Positions 14,901 through 27,476 of a DNA stretch of 64,000 bases are shown piece after piece; the first letter of the stretch is position 1, and each line of letters opens with the position of its first letter. Position numbers and translations under genes: made by a program. The notes beneath the pieces were generated by a model. It saw nothing but the letters and a program-made list of their open reading frames with translations. It did no database searches and had not been told where the DNA came from. Origin of the DNA: Phoronis australis (taxonomy: Eukaryota > Animalia > Phoronida); contig NMRA01000141.1 of NCBI GenBank assembly GCA_002633005.1, positions 545,609 through 609,608 on the forward strand. The letters run 5' to 3'.

Positions 14901-17900
14901 GAAACCAAAAGCATTAAGTGAGGCAATCACATCTGCAACTTTTCAATCCTGCAACATCATCAATAACATGGGAACTGTTTTATCAAAGGTCTTAGGTTGC
15001 AAGTAAGATTATCGCAGTTAAAAGACTCATAGAGATGTTCAATGAACATCAGTATCAACAATCGCAAACACTTTTAAGTCCGCATTCGACAAGTTGTCCC
15101 GATGGCTCAGTGAACTAGAGTGTCTACATCATTAGCAGAAGGTCCTGGGTGGGGCAGAAGTCTTTTCAGACCTATATTCTTTAGGTGCGGCCAACAGGTG
15201 GCGTGCTGACCAGACTTACAAATGTTTGCGAAATACATTTCCACACCTATTGAAAATTACATTTATGCAGTACCAACAATGTTATGGAAAATCTGTCACT
15301 TCGGAATAACGTGATTACGACCATCTAACGTGTAACAAGGCATACAGCTTTTGTTAATGAGTTCTTCAGATAATCAAATGCACTAAAACATCTCAAAGCT
15401 TCCAGCCAGACGTTTCTGAGATATGAAGCTTCAGGTAGACTGAGTTGGGGTGAGCAAATCAAAATAAACTTTATTTATGTGAATAAATTAAGAACACGGG
15501 TAAACATTGTTTAAGTGGCTTACAATGGGGACTCCTGATGGATGACAGAAAAAACGTCAGCCTTGGATCGTCTGACCTAGCTATGTCGTAAGCGTAATGC
15601 ATACCGCAACACCCACTGAATGGTGTATGTTTACGAGAGAAATGAAAGAGGTTTGTAGAGCGCATAATCATGGTGTCAGGACACGATTTTTTCATTCATT
15701 TTTGGGTCAGCGATCTCCGTCCTCAGCTTTGGCGACATCAGTTTTCATTAGGTGAATTGCGATTTTCAAAATGTCGCATCTAGTGAGCTGGCATTAACCT
15801 TAGCATTGAGCAAGGTTGAACAATGGAATCTAAGGCAGGACTGGTTTTTAACACCCAACTAAGTAGACTCAACTCCACACAAAGCAGTCGTACACAACTA
15901 GAATCAGCTTGTCTCAACTCACCTTAAACTTGGCAGTATTTGTGTCCAGGGGCAGCTGATTCTTAAAGCCATAGGGTGGGTCACAGCCCTTGCAGGGTGC
16001 TTCTAACCTGCAAGTAATACAGGACATCTTTACTTTGATGCACAACTTATTCTAATCCAGACACATGAAAAAAAATCAAAAAAAGTCAAATTTTCAATAG
16101 CTTTTAAAACCCAGCCTTACGTCAAAGAAACCAATTTAAATTTTCGATTTAGGCACCATAACACCATCTGGTCTTAGGCAAAGATGAACAGTCACTTCTA
16201 ACCAAGCCCAGATATCGACATAAATTTGAGGTGAGAATTATAGTGATCAAAATCAAAAATTAAGTTTTTGAACAGGTTTATTGCATCTTCAAACTGAAGC
16301 TCTGGTGATTCAGTAACTGAACCTCTTTGATGGTTCAACAAATATTATTTCCACTAAAAGGAGCTCAACAACAAATTGGTGTACTGCAAAGTAAACCATT
16401 GGCGACAGCTGACATTTCCTTTAAGCCTGGTACAATGAATGGTTAGGCTAACTAATAAAATAAATGGTTACATTATCTTAGTCAATGAGACAACATATTA
16501 TCAAGGTTAAAATTTCAAGAATATGAACCAAAACTTGGGTAGAGTTCAATAAAGCTAGGGCCTTTGTGAGATTACGCGAGATATTGTCGTGTATGCCAAA
16601 TGAGAACAGGTGATATTGGGGAGATTATTCTTGCCGCAAGTCAGCTACTGAGTTCTCCCTGGTATAACCCTCAACATAACTCAAGGCAGTACAAGTGGCC
16701 ATTCTCCCTGGTATAACTCTAAGCATAACTCAAGGCAGTACAAGTGGCCATTCTTCCTGGTATAACTCTAAGCATAACTCAAGGCAGTACAAGTGGCCAT
16801 TCTTCCTGGTATAACTCTAAGCATAACTCAAGGCAGTACAAGTGGCCATTCTCCCTGGTATAACTCTAAGCATAACTCAAGGCAGTACAAGTGACCATTG
16901 TTTGATAACTATAAACTAAGTAAGAAAAAGAAGAAGAATGCTTAGAAGTGATCAATTTTGTCCCGTTATTCTAGAATAACTATACATCCAATGAAGCAGA
17001 CTGATTGGGCAGCATTCAGTAGACGGCAAGACATTATTTGCTTGAAATCTTTACTTACGGAATGGAAACATCGAATTGCGTCTCACAATTCAACAATCCA
17101 ACCTCGCTGACCAATTACTTCCCATACTAGTAAGCTCCAAAGCATACTCGAGAATCACTCGCTTTTTACTTATGTGATTTTGTGAGGTCTTACATTTCTA
17201 GCAAGAAACTAAAGTCTATAGAACGCCTTTCAGGTCATGACCTTCACATCTAATACAACTTGACTGTATTAAAATGGTTCCATTAAAAACAAAGAGAAAC
17301 ACCAAGTGTTGATGTGTGCAAACGACAGCAATAAGGTTGATCCTTATTTCCATTCTCTCTATAGAGTGCAACATTGGCCAACTTAAAATTGGCTTTCAGG
17401 GGCAAATTGCTAGTCACCTGAAAGCTGGCAGGGTAATCCTCCTTATTAAGAAAGCAGATGCGTAATCGCCTATCACCAGTGCAAGCTAAATTTCACACGT
17501 AGATCTTATACAAGGACTTTGTAGCCTATGGAAATGGAAATTCATTGCTTTGAAAGGACACATCATTGACCTTCTTCATCAGAAAAAATTTCACTCACTC
17601 TTCATTAAGAAAATATTTGCCAAATAAAATCGATCACAGAAGTGTACAATGGTTGCATAACTACTCTCAAATGTAACATTTCAACAAAATAAGAGCCTAC
17701 ATTTAAACTTCCAACTTGACTGCTGATGTCCAACTTACTTTCCAGGAGCAGTACTGACATAAGGCATCGTTGTTTTGTCAACAAACGAGCCAAAGCCAAG
17801 TTGGAAGTTCTTGGTGATGTTGTTCATAACACTGGCCAGGTCATCCCCCACTTGAGCCAACTGGTCTTTGTCGTCCTCCATAGATTTGGACAGGTCCATT

Positions 17901-20900
17901 AAGTAGTAGAGGTCTACAGGATAGTTCTCAGCTAATCGAAATGTGATGTCCAGCTTGTACGGTTGATCTAGAAATACCAAGTGAATTCATCCAGACAATG
18001 CAACTGATCGCGGATAACACTAACAAACGAGGTTTATAATGACACACTTCTACGTTTTACTACGTGTTAACAGCTTACATGACGGCAGACTGCACTGTGT
18101 GGTGATTCAAAAACACAAGTTATACAGCTGAGTGAGTATAAGAGGTATGTGCTACCTTTCAGTTAGACAGTATCACTGCCTCGGTTTGCTGCAGCAGACA
18201 CAGTGGCCATCCCATAGGCCCTTCATACGACGGAAGTTTTCCGGCAAATTATGCAACACACCGATTAAACTATCAAAGTCGTGTTGCTATAAGTATCTTT
18301 TGTGCATAGAAGGACACCTTAGGAAGCTGTTGATTTCTTTAACTTTTCCCACCTCGAACAAATACTCCCACAATCAAACTTTTTTCTCGAGAGGTCCTTT
18401 GTTCAGTTGCCCAACTGGCAACTAGCCATATTTACACTAATTCCGCCAGGGGACATGTTGTCATCTTTCTCAACAAGCCTTGGATCTGATATTGGCAAAT
18501 GTCTTTGGAAACGGGCGTATCTATAAGATGTTGCTACCAGTAGACCTGCTCTTTGTTAAGTTTTAATGTAAACATACAACATCACCCCTGATGGTGAGTG
18601 ACTATCGAATCACAAAGTAGGTCAAGTGTGTCCGTGTCACTTCATTCAAACACAAACACGTATTACTTACTAGGCCGAAGTTTTATTTGGAGATGTTGCG
18701 GAGAAAGCTGTATCGGACTCTTCTTAGGGTCATCACTTGAAGTTGGCGCTGTATTCTGTAATGACACCAACACCATACATTACTTACATAGAGTGGGAGT
18801 AACAAAGCTACCACGAGAATGATCTGAACACGAATCTGACCACACAGATGAATAACCAGGCACACCCAGGCCTTTATGCAGCGTAGGTCCTAGGGGTCCA
18901 AATGGACGCCCTAGCACTAATCTGGAGGCCCTGGCCAAGGACGCCCAATGTATCATTTGGACGCCCACTGTCAATAGGAACCTTTCAAGTTTGGACTCAC
19001 ACATTGGAATGAATACTAAGCCTCTGAAGGCTCACAGTGGGGGCTCTTTTTTCAAAGCAGGAAGAAATATACAATGTATATACAAAGTATATGCATTGTT
19101 GCTATTTTGACACTTGATTGACAGCATTGTAAGTCTTGGTCTACAGTTTTTTTAGTAAAGATGCTCACCATAGAAGGCTGTTTTATAAACTTAGATGTAA
19201 AAATCTTGATCTATGCATTTTTTGTAAAAAAATCTGTGTTTGGGGGGATTGCTGGGGGTGGGAAGTTACGCGTCGGAATCATGGACGCCCTGGAATATTG
19301 GGAACCCCATTTTGGACACCTTATTTTCAAAATCCTGGATAAAGGCCTGGGCACGCCACCTGTTGGACTAATCTATTCTATTCTTTTCTTTTTTTTCTTG
19401 CATTCACATGCATGTATGTATACATTGTTTCTTCAATTCATATGGCTTGTAATACATACTAGTCAGTTATCAAACAGAAGACAGCAGAGTCGCTTTGTTG
19501 ACTAGGTATATATAGACAGTCTGCAGGGAGGAGGGTATTGAGTCTCATTCATGTAAAAACATGCACCTGGCAGTGTTGATCAACATGAATTAAATTGTTC
19601 TGAAATTTTTAAAAATTGGGTAAAACTTAAATTTCACATGTATACAGGACACGGAAAAATGCAGTTTGGAACACTGTCTTGACAGCCTTGTCTTGACCTC
19701 TGATATGTGTGCTCACCAACAACAGAAAATATACAAACATTAACACAATTTTTCAGCTTTGCAAGTATTTTGGTCTTAAGTCAATAACATAAAAGTTATT
19801 AAGCTACAGTACAAGACAAAAGTATTCAGACAAACTGACCCAGAATTCCTGTCATGACACCTGGACAGAAGCTGAACTCACCATCACAGTAGTCATACCC
19901 TCAACAGAGAACAAATGAGAATCAACATCAAAGTGGCCAAGTCATTCTCTAATTCGAATTCTGGCTCCCTAATATTCATTACCAGTAATTCTTACTGTCA
20001 ATAGAATTAATCGTCATGAAAGGAAAAAGCATTTGTCTGATTACTCCTGTCTTGTACTCCATCATAACAAATGAGGTAACCTTGACAAATGTTTCCGAGT
20101 GCGATGGGTATGAAATCTTTGAGCGGTCACAGCTGGCTATGGATGAGTCGTCTGATTGGAGATGGACACTATGAAGATTACAACGAGGCCTCTGGTAGCC
20201 CTGAAACATACACAGAGTTTCAATACAAGAATATGTAGTTTTTTGGAATACTGGAACGTGGAATTTCAGGGGTATATTACAAAGCCTTTGGTAAACATTA
20301 ACTAACATGGTAATAGTCGGGTATAACGAGCCCGCATTTTGACAACCAGTTGTCTCCACTGAATAACGGGCATCAATTGGTTCTGAAAATGTGGACACAT
20401 TATATCCAAACATTGCCACTAATATTGAGCTTCTGAGATTTCACAACAAAACCAGTGAACCAATAGGTTTTCCACAGGTTATTGGTACAACCTGGTAACA
20501 ATTACTGTCTATAATTACAATACTGACAACTTTAGTACTTTGTACTCCATCTGGGGTATAGATATGGGCTTGCCGCACACATGAGACAATCAGGTGCAAC
20601 CAACTGCGTGGACAAAAGTCAAAGTGGTCCAACTTAGCGTTGGCATGACAACTTATCCCCAGCTCTTCGTGATAGCAAAAATTGTGCCCACTTACGTGTC
20701 TTTGAGGCACAAGAGGTGTACAGACAAATTAATTTTCGGCTCAACCCTTAAACAGTTTGTATGTACATATTTAGGCCCATGCACCTCTACTTGAAGCTGC
20801 GCCTATATCCGGAATTGGGTCGCACGCGCCTACACATGAAACATTTGAGTAAAACAGACGAGCAAATTTCTAAAATGTTACCCTATGTGAGCAACACTTG

Positions 20901-23900
20901 AGTTGTATGTCAATATATATATATTAAGTTTAACACAAACTATTAAATGAAGAGTATACAGTACACATGGAACAACAGAAATTGACGTAAATGGCCCAAA
21001 TCTTGGGAAGTAATCAAACACGAATGACCTACACAGACTATGTTCAATAGGAAGTAAGATATAGCGTTTCCTCAATGGAGGTGAATGTAGGACCAAGATA
21101 TAAGTCCTTTTCCAGGTCGTTTACATCACTTTCTATTGCTTCATAGACGATAAATACAAAGTGTGTTTTCAAGATAATAAGGGATCTGTATTTTTAATAC
21201 ATGAAACATAAAAACAGTTGCTTACCCCTTTAAGCACAAATACGCAATAAACCTTCATGAGTTTAAAGTGGAACNAAAAGAGTAGGGCGGCCGTTTAAAT
21301 AAAATACTGCACTGGCTTGGCTCGATTAAGTGCTTGGTTGTTGCATATACTCGAATGCATGTGACCATAAGATAGCGCTGATTCAACTTGAGTCTTGTGG
21401 CACATTCTTTGAAATTAACATAGGGAAAGGGTGTACTTACAAACCTCGCACGTGAACGTCAGGCAGTACGGCTTTGGGTACACTTTGGAGGCACGCACTG
21501 AAAAAAGTGTGCAGTCGGCATGTTGATGGGTTGTGCTATGACGGGAACGGCGTATTTCCCTGACTTCAAAGTATAATATGCCTTGTGCAATTGGTCTTTC
21601 AAATCGAACAATAGTTTAAATATGACAATCTATTCACAGCGCTAACTTTGTCCTTTTTGCTCAATATTTTGTTTCCACCTCAATCGCTAAGATTTTCCTG
21701 CAGGTCTCACTAATCGGCGTGCAGCTAGCTGCGTCGGTTACGGGTTAAGTTTCGTATGCCTTGAGTAAAATGCCTTTGTCTTCAAATGACGGTCCGTAGC
21801 GAGTTCCATGACAGTTGGCCGGTAAGTTTCCCCTTCTGTTTCACTTTACTCGGATTCCTCTGGCTTGAACATACACGGCGCTAATCCATCCAAACTTTGT
21901 TTCTACATTTCCTTAATCTTCCATTTCGCAGTACTTTTCGTTGAACGCCCGTCCATTGCAAGGTATTATACTTTTCTAACCCAAGTGCGAAAAGTCTCGG
22001 GTCATTCTTTTTCATCATGCTGCGAGTGAGCCTTTCGCTTCGTTAAGATGTGTAACGCCGACTTACTCCCCGACATAATCCCGTAATTATCACGGAGCGA
22101 CGACAAACAAATTAATTCTCCGGTACACGCATTCCGCCAGGATGTCACCGTGGGTCCGACAAATCTCCATTCATTGCAAACCTGACCCCCAATGCACGCA
22201 GGGACCCTGTTCGTTAAATCTGTTCGTTAAACACCGACGTCTTTGTGAATAAGCATTTGATGTTAGACTGAGTAAGTGGTCCCCACCGAGAACGCGCTAC
22301 TGTCTTCGGCGACGCTAAACTACTGACCAAGGGACAGTGAGTTGTAGGATATTACATGCACGTGGAAGTGTCGAGATAAGTGTCACATAGTATTTGAGCT
22401 TGGTTGTCTCTAACAGTTGTAATTTTGAAAATCTGTGAAATATGCACCAGACACCGTAAGGTAAGCTTCCTGTGGCAACGGACTGTTCGATACGTCTTGG
22501 GTACCAACGATGACGTCATTTGCGTCGATTAGAACGAGCGCCACATAAAGTTTTTTTCGGCGCTAAATGGGGTTCATGATGGGGTCGTACGATAGTAATT
22601 GGCGTAATTAGCTAATGCCAGGAGTAAAGGGAGGGATGATATGTTTGTGTCAATCACTGATACATATATTTAACATGTTCAAAAGTCGTTTGGCCATTAT
22701 GTAGGGTCTTTAAGTCAATAACATAAAAGTTAAGCTACAGTACAAGACAAAAGTATTCAGACAAACTGACCCAGAATTCCTGTCATGACACCTGGACAGA
22801 AGCTGAACTCACCATCACAGTAGTCATCCCCTCAACAGAGAACAAATGAGAATCAACATCAAAGTGGCCAAGTCATTCTCTAATTCGAATTCTGGCTCCC
22901 TAATATTCATTACCAGTAATTCTTACTGTCAAGAGAATTAATCGTCATGAAAGGAAAAAGCATTTATCTGATTACTCCTGTCTTGTACTCCATCATAACA
23001 AATGAGGTAACCTTGACAAATGTTTCCGAGTGTGATGGGTATGAAATCTTTGAGCGGTCACAGCTGGCTATGGATGAGTCGTCTGATTGGAGATGGACAC
23101 TATGAAGATTACAACGAGGCCTCTGGTAGCCCTGAAACATACACAGAGATTCAATACCAGAATACGTAGTTTTTTGGAAAACTGGAACGTGGAAATTCAG
23201 GGGTATATTACAAAGCCTTTGGTAAACATTAACTAACATGGTAATAGTCGGATATAACGAGCCCGCATTTTGAAAACCAGTTGTCTCCACTGAATAACGG
23301 GCATCAATTGGTTCTGAAAATGTGAACACATTATATCCAAACATTGCCACTAATATTGAGCTTCTGAGATTTCACAACAAAACCAGTGAACCAATAGGTT
23401 TTCCACAGGTTATTGGTACAACCTGGTAACAATTACTGTCTATAATTACAATACTGACAACTTTAGTACTTTGTACTCCATCTGGGGTATAGATATGGGC
23501 TTGCCGCACACATGAGACAATCAGGTGCAACCAACTGCGTGGACAAAAGTCAAAGTGGTCCAACTTAGCGTTGGCATGACAACTTATCCCCAGCTCTTCG
23601 TGATAGCAAAAATTGTGCCCACTTACGTGTCTTTGAGGCACAAGAGGTGTACAGACAAATTAATTTTCGGCTCAACCCTTAAACAGTTTGTATGTACATA
23701 TTTAGGCCCATGCACCTCTACTTGAAGCTGCGCCTATATCCGGAATTGGGTCGCACGCGCCTACACATGAAACATTTGAGTAAAACAGACGAGCAAATTT
23801 CTAAAATGTTACCCTATGTGAGCAACACTTGAGTTGTATGTCAATATATATATATTAAGTTTAACACAAACTATTAAATGAAGAGTATACAGTACACATG

Positions 23901-25508
23901 GAACAACAGAAATTGACGTAAATGGCCCAAATCTTGGGAAGTAATCAAACACGAATGACCTACACAGACTATGTTCAATAGGAAGTAAGATATAGCGTTT
24001 CCTCAATGGAGGTGAATGTAGGACCAAGATATAAGTCCTTTTCCAGGTCGTTTACATCACTTTCTATTGCTTCATAGACGATAAATACAAAGTGTGTTTT
24101 CAAGATAATAAGGGATCTGTATTTTTAATACATGAAACATAAAAACAGTTGCTTACCCCTTTAAGCACAAATACGCAATAAACCTTCATGAGTTTAAAGT
24201 GGAACTTGCAGGCTAATTCCTTATCTCTGTGATTGCTTGGTCAAATTAGTTAGAAACACACTGTATAGTGACGATGTGAATATGAAGTATGTTGAAAATT
24301 GCCAAATGTTTTTAAGAACGAGTTTTGTGGTGAGAACAATCCGCCGTAAATCACTCAACCGTGGTCTTGGGGAATAACACTGCATGACGCAGGCTATGTG
24401 AGCCTCCAATGTACGTCATTAGTGCAAAGGTCACCTATTTGCAGAATTTTTTCTTTTCACATTTACAAGTTGCTAATGAATCCAACTACACTTTGTTTAG
24501 TGTAGATGATGTTCAAATAACATTGTCCTTTAGTTCCTGCTACACATTAGTTAGGAGCATGCAAATACATCTTTAAACACGTGTACCAAATATTAGTCCA
24601 CACTTTTATACTAGCTTCTAAATTACGAGCCCATAGGCTTATACCAAAGTGCATACAGCGGCATTAACACACGCAGTCCTATAGGGAGATTTGTAAGTTG
24701 ATTATCCTCTTATCACCTCTGTGTTTAGAGTCTTTTGACCACCAGATGGCCAACAGATGGCTACACTCACCTGTGCATAACACCAGCTACAGTCAGGACC
24801 AGCGGCAACGCACTGACCACAAGTCTTGGCCAATATGCATGGATTGGCAGTGATTGCATCAGCAGCTGAAATTAGTTAAGAGTTTCAATTCTCACTACAA
24901 CCAGTCCAGTATTGTGACATCCACCATCAATGTTAAGTTATGGTTATGTTGAACCTTATCGACAAGTCTTTGCATTTAGCCAAATATCTATATATCTATG
25001 AAACTATAAAACGTAACTCAGTAAAAGTATGTTTTTGGAAGTGGAAGTGCAAATTCTGTAAAACTATATTTTTCACTTTATTCCATTGTGCCAGTATTTG
25101 GGTCTCGTGACCCTGTCTTTTTAGTAAAAAATGAGACCCCGGCATTCATGGAACAATGGTCTTTCTTACCATCCTTCCAAAGAATATTTGCAGTAGTTCT
25201 TCAGTAATTTCTAATACAAAATTCCTAAGGCTGACTAGATGACTGTATAGTTTTGAGAAGCGTTGCTGTCACAAAATTATAACGATCTTTGTCAAAAATT
25301 GACTACAATATGGTAAACTTACGCTATTGTGCACTGAAACAAAGAGTAACCATGAAATTGTATTCAATCTATTCATTTAGCTAGCAAAGCAACTGTAAAG
25401 ATGAAGCAGGTTGTAATGGGGAAATTTACCAAATTTTTGTAGGTACTTACTTTGAGCATTTGATGATTGAGAGAGTAAAACAAGGAAGAGAATTGAGCAC
25501 CACATCAT
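2924..25508 (-). CDS. ITGB1: Integrin beta subunit (beta-PS/beta1-like), 20 coding exons, ~800 aa
   Basis: Hand-spliced GT-AG exons with consistent phases: 25508-25451 (signal peptide [19 protein letters not shown]), 24865-24771 ([25 protein letters not shown]), 23131-23012 (duplicate at 20200-20081), 18755-18671, 17967-17739 ([20 protein letters not shown] DxSxS; LGFGSFVDK), 16007-15923, 14374-14288 ([17 protein letters not shown]), 12454-12371 ([13 protein letters not shown]), 11904-11824, 10639-10454 (DYPSIGQ), 10145-10066, 9467-9269, 9073-8931, 8452-8289, 6171-6062, 5565-5473 (Cys-rich I-EGF repeats), 5101-4957, 4067-3942, 3784-3618 (TM + [12 protein letters not shown]), 2989-2924 ([21 protein letters not shown], two NPxY motifs). 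Total 2403 nt. The symbol indicates family similarity, not proven orthology. Confidence 0.96.
6598..7385 (+). mobile_element. Helentron-associated-type (HINE/DINE-1-like) element, copy A, with ~145-bp internal units
   Basis: The 5' end AACAAGAACAATGCACCGTTGAAATGC matches the reverse complement of 51200-51253. Internal units are homologous to 27477-28748, and the copy ends near ..CAGAGATGACAGCAA as copy B does. Confidence 0.7.
9555..9740 (+). pseudogene. Short decayed LINE (CR1/L2-group) reverse-transcriptase fragment
   Basis: Translates as [40 protein letters not shown], matching the non-LTR RT pattern FRKNHST..AL.EL...[10 protein letters not shown]. Confidence 0.7.
9804..10026. mobile_element. 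PIF/Harbinger-like MITE with 3-bp CTG target-site duplication
   Basis: TIRs GGGGACATTTTATCAAAGG / CCTTTGATAAAATGAACCC, flanked by CTG at 9801-9803 and 10027-10029. Confidence 0.75.
10855..11400 (+). mobile_element. Possible second HINE-like element
   Basis: GCGAGGCC near the 5' end is complementary to GGCCTCGC near the 3' end. 3' hairpins CCTATATTAATATAGG and GGCCTC-gctttt-GAGGCC; internal TGATTTGACCTTG. Confidence 0.4.
15096..15200 (+). mobile_element. tRNA-derived SINE-like head, degenerate
   Basis: GTCCCGATGGCTCAGTG..TAGAG..AGAAGGTCCTGGGT has an A-box and tRNA-like spacing, but the B-box/T-arm is broken. It is not a functional tRNA. Confidence 0.45.
16653..16899. repeat. 49-bp minisatellite, 5 copies
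   Basis: Unit TTCTCCCTGGTATAACTCTAAGCATAACTCAAGGCAGTACAAGTGGCCA starting at 16653, 16702, 16751, 16800 and 16849. Confidence 0.95.
18212..18440 (+). mobile_element. Solo arm of the ATAGGC-terminated MITE family (see 41507-42313)
   Basis: Homologous to 41510-41717 and 31280-31480 (shared ...GCATAGA(A/G)GGACACCTTAGG..., ATCAAACTTTTT...GTTCAGTT). Confidence 0.7.
18867..19349. mobile_element. hAT-like MITE with 8-bp TSD
   Basis: TIRs CAGGCCTTTATGCAG / CTGGATAAAGGCCTG; flanks GGCACACC and GGCACGCC (7/8 match); internal GGACGCCC motif repeated. Confidence 0.8.
19776..24205. repeat. 1.5-kb local duplication (19776-21274 and 22710-24205) across the N at 21275, including an integrin exon; likely uncollapsed haplotypes
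   Basis: Near-identical copies offset 2931-2934 bp, with a few SNPs and a 3-bp indel. The first copy ends exactly at the N. Confidence 0.9.
21276..22709. mobile_element. Kolobok-like TTAA-inserting element, one end lost in the gap, with possible decayed THAP and KolX-like remnants
   Basis: Ends ...GTAGGGTCT|TTAA at 22709, whereas the other duplicate has an empty TTAA at 19776-19779. Subterminal TGACGTCA; GC-richer than the flanks. Confidence 0.55.
24198..24572 (+). mobile_element. Kolobok-like MITE with TTAA TSD, copy 1
   Basis: TTAA|AGTGGAACTTGCAGGCT ... AGCATGCAAATACATCT|TTAA; homologous to 30156-30550. Confidence 0.8.
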
Positions 25509-27476
25509 GGTTAGTGGATTCTGAAAAGGAAATGAAAAATGTTTGAACTAAAGCCGGAGACCACTTTGACCGGAAGCACCACACTGACCACAGTTGTAAA
25601 GAACACAGAGGCTTGAAGTGTTGAACACAGTTCTAGTCACCAGGGATATTCCTGACCAGGTTTGAACCTGCACCCTTTGAGCGCATAAGACAATAAAAAG
25701 TGTGCCCTCTTCAAAAAGTTGTGCCCAGCAAACTTAGTGCAACATATGAAACAGAAACCCCAAGGGCAATCAAAATAAGAACAGCGTCATGTTTTACCAG
25801 ACTGGCTATAAGTTGACTAGAATCTTGTGTTCTCGGAAGTGTCGTGTTTTTAAGATGCGCCTGGAGGGCGCACTGCTGCTGCAATGTATTTGTGCCTTTT
25901 TACTTTTTCATGTGCTAATGGTGCAAATGCGCAGTCCAGGAATATCCGAGTCACCTAAAAATTTTACACTTGGGTCTTTGCATGAGTTTTCAAATATATC
26001 TAGCGCAGAACTAATGTAACCTCCATTCCACACTATTTGTTTTGAGAGTGCTTAACGAAAAGTTGAAATACAGAATGTAAAACCTTTTCCAAAGAGGACT
26101 TACACAGAATCTCAACCAAACACAGATTAAATACTAGGTTCAAATGAGAGGTGAAAAATGCCTAGCTGTTGCTCTTAATTTACCTTTCTAGTTTCCACGT
26201 GCTGCGTCCAGCATTTGCAGAACTTTGGCTTGATTACCAACCCCATTACGGACACCAAAATGATGTAAGGAGGAATCACTTATTGCTAATACACTGTTTA
26301 CAGCAATTCTTCACAAATTTAGCACACCATATGACTGACAAGAAAACTCTACTTTGTCAACTTTCACCACAACAATTAATATTACAAACCTAAGTACTAA
26401 TATGGTTTTGTATAGTGTAGATTTCATAAAACAAAATTTAGTAAAGTTTCTTGGTGTTCGAGAAAGGTCATCAGCCTCTGAAAAAATATAAAATGGCAAA
26501 TTTTGACAATTAATTATATCTAGGTGCGAAACAAGTGGAGAATTACTGCACTATATCAAACATACTGAAATCCTCTTACCAGCTTACCAGAAGCAGGAGC
26601 CAAGCATGAGTTGCAAATAACAGGTGAATGACTGGACTTTTAGGAAGGTGACTGGTCTTATTTATGTTAGACATCAGTAAGCCAGGTAATGAAATGTTAA
26701 TTTAATATTGCACTGACCCTCGGATTTGTACTTTTAAAATAGATAGTTGAAATGCATTAATTGTCCTCATGCTGTTGAAGCCCTACTGTTTATGAAAGTC
26801 TCAAATGCTACTCCCATGAGTTTTACAGATGTGCCACTAGAATGGGTGTTTTTAACTACTAGCTTTCCTCAGAAAGGGTGTAACAGATCACTCTTTGAGT
26901 TACAAATCCACAAGTTCATTTTTGCAACAGAATTCTGAACAGGTTTCAAGTTCTACTGTGGTTTGTTGTGTCAAAAAGAATTCAATCCAGAGGATGTACT
27001 CAAATTTGATTTAAATAAGAAACATCTTGTGGAGTTCACAGTTCAAACCCTGTACAAAATGGCTGTGTCATATAACAAAAATTCTACGAAATGATGAGAT
27101 TTTCATTGGTTCCAATCTTACAGGCACTCCAAGAAGGTGGGTATATAATGCTAATTTCCCACTGGTTCATCACATACCATCACAGTAAACCAATACACTG
27201 CCAACAACTGTTTGTTAACAAACCCCTTATCATTGCTACACCACATTGGTGGCCCACACTGATAGTGTAACTCGACCCTGCTTAAAACAAAACATGACTA
27301 GCAAGCAAAAATAGCATGAACAATCAATACTCAGTTTTAATGTCATGAACAAAATAGAACTAGACGTGATAGCTGTGTTAACTCGGGTGCATTATCAGAA
27401 GGACAGAACTCGGCTGTAACTGCTGCTTGAGATAGAAACGTAAAGCAAATGTAGTTTTTCATCCCTTTAGATTCTT

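Noticed and set aside
15096-15170. tRNA gene
   Set aside because: An A-box is present but there is no intact T-arm/B-box or acceptor stem; treated as a SINE remnant.
16653-16899. Possible CRISPR-like array (also 44401-45256)
   Set aside because: Head-to-tail repeats with no unique spacers, in eukaryotic introns, with no cas genes.
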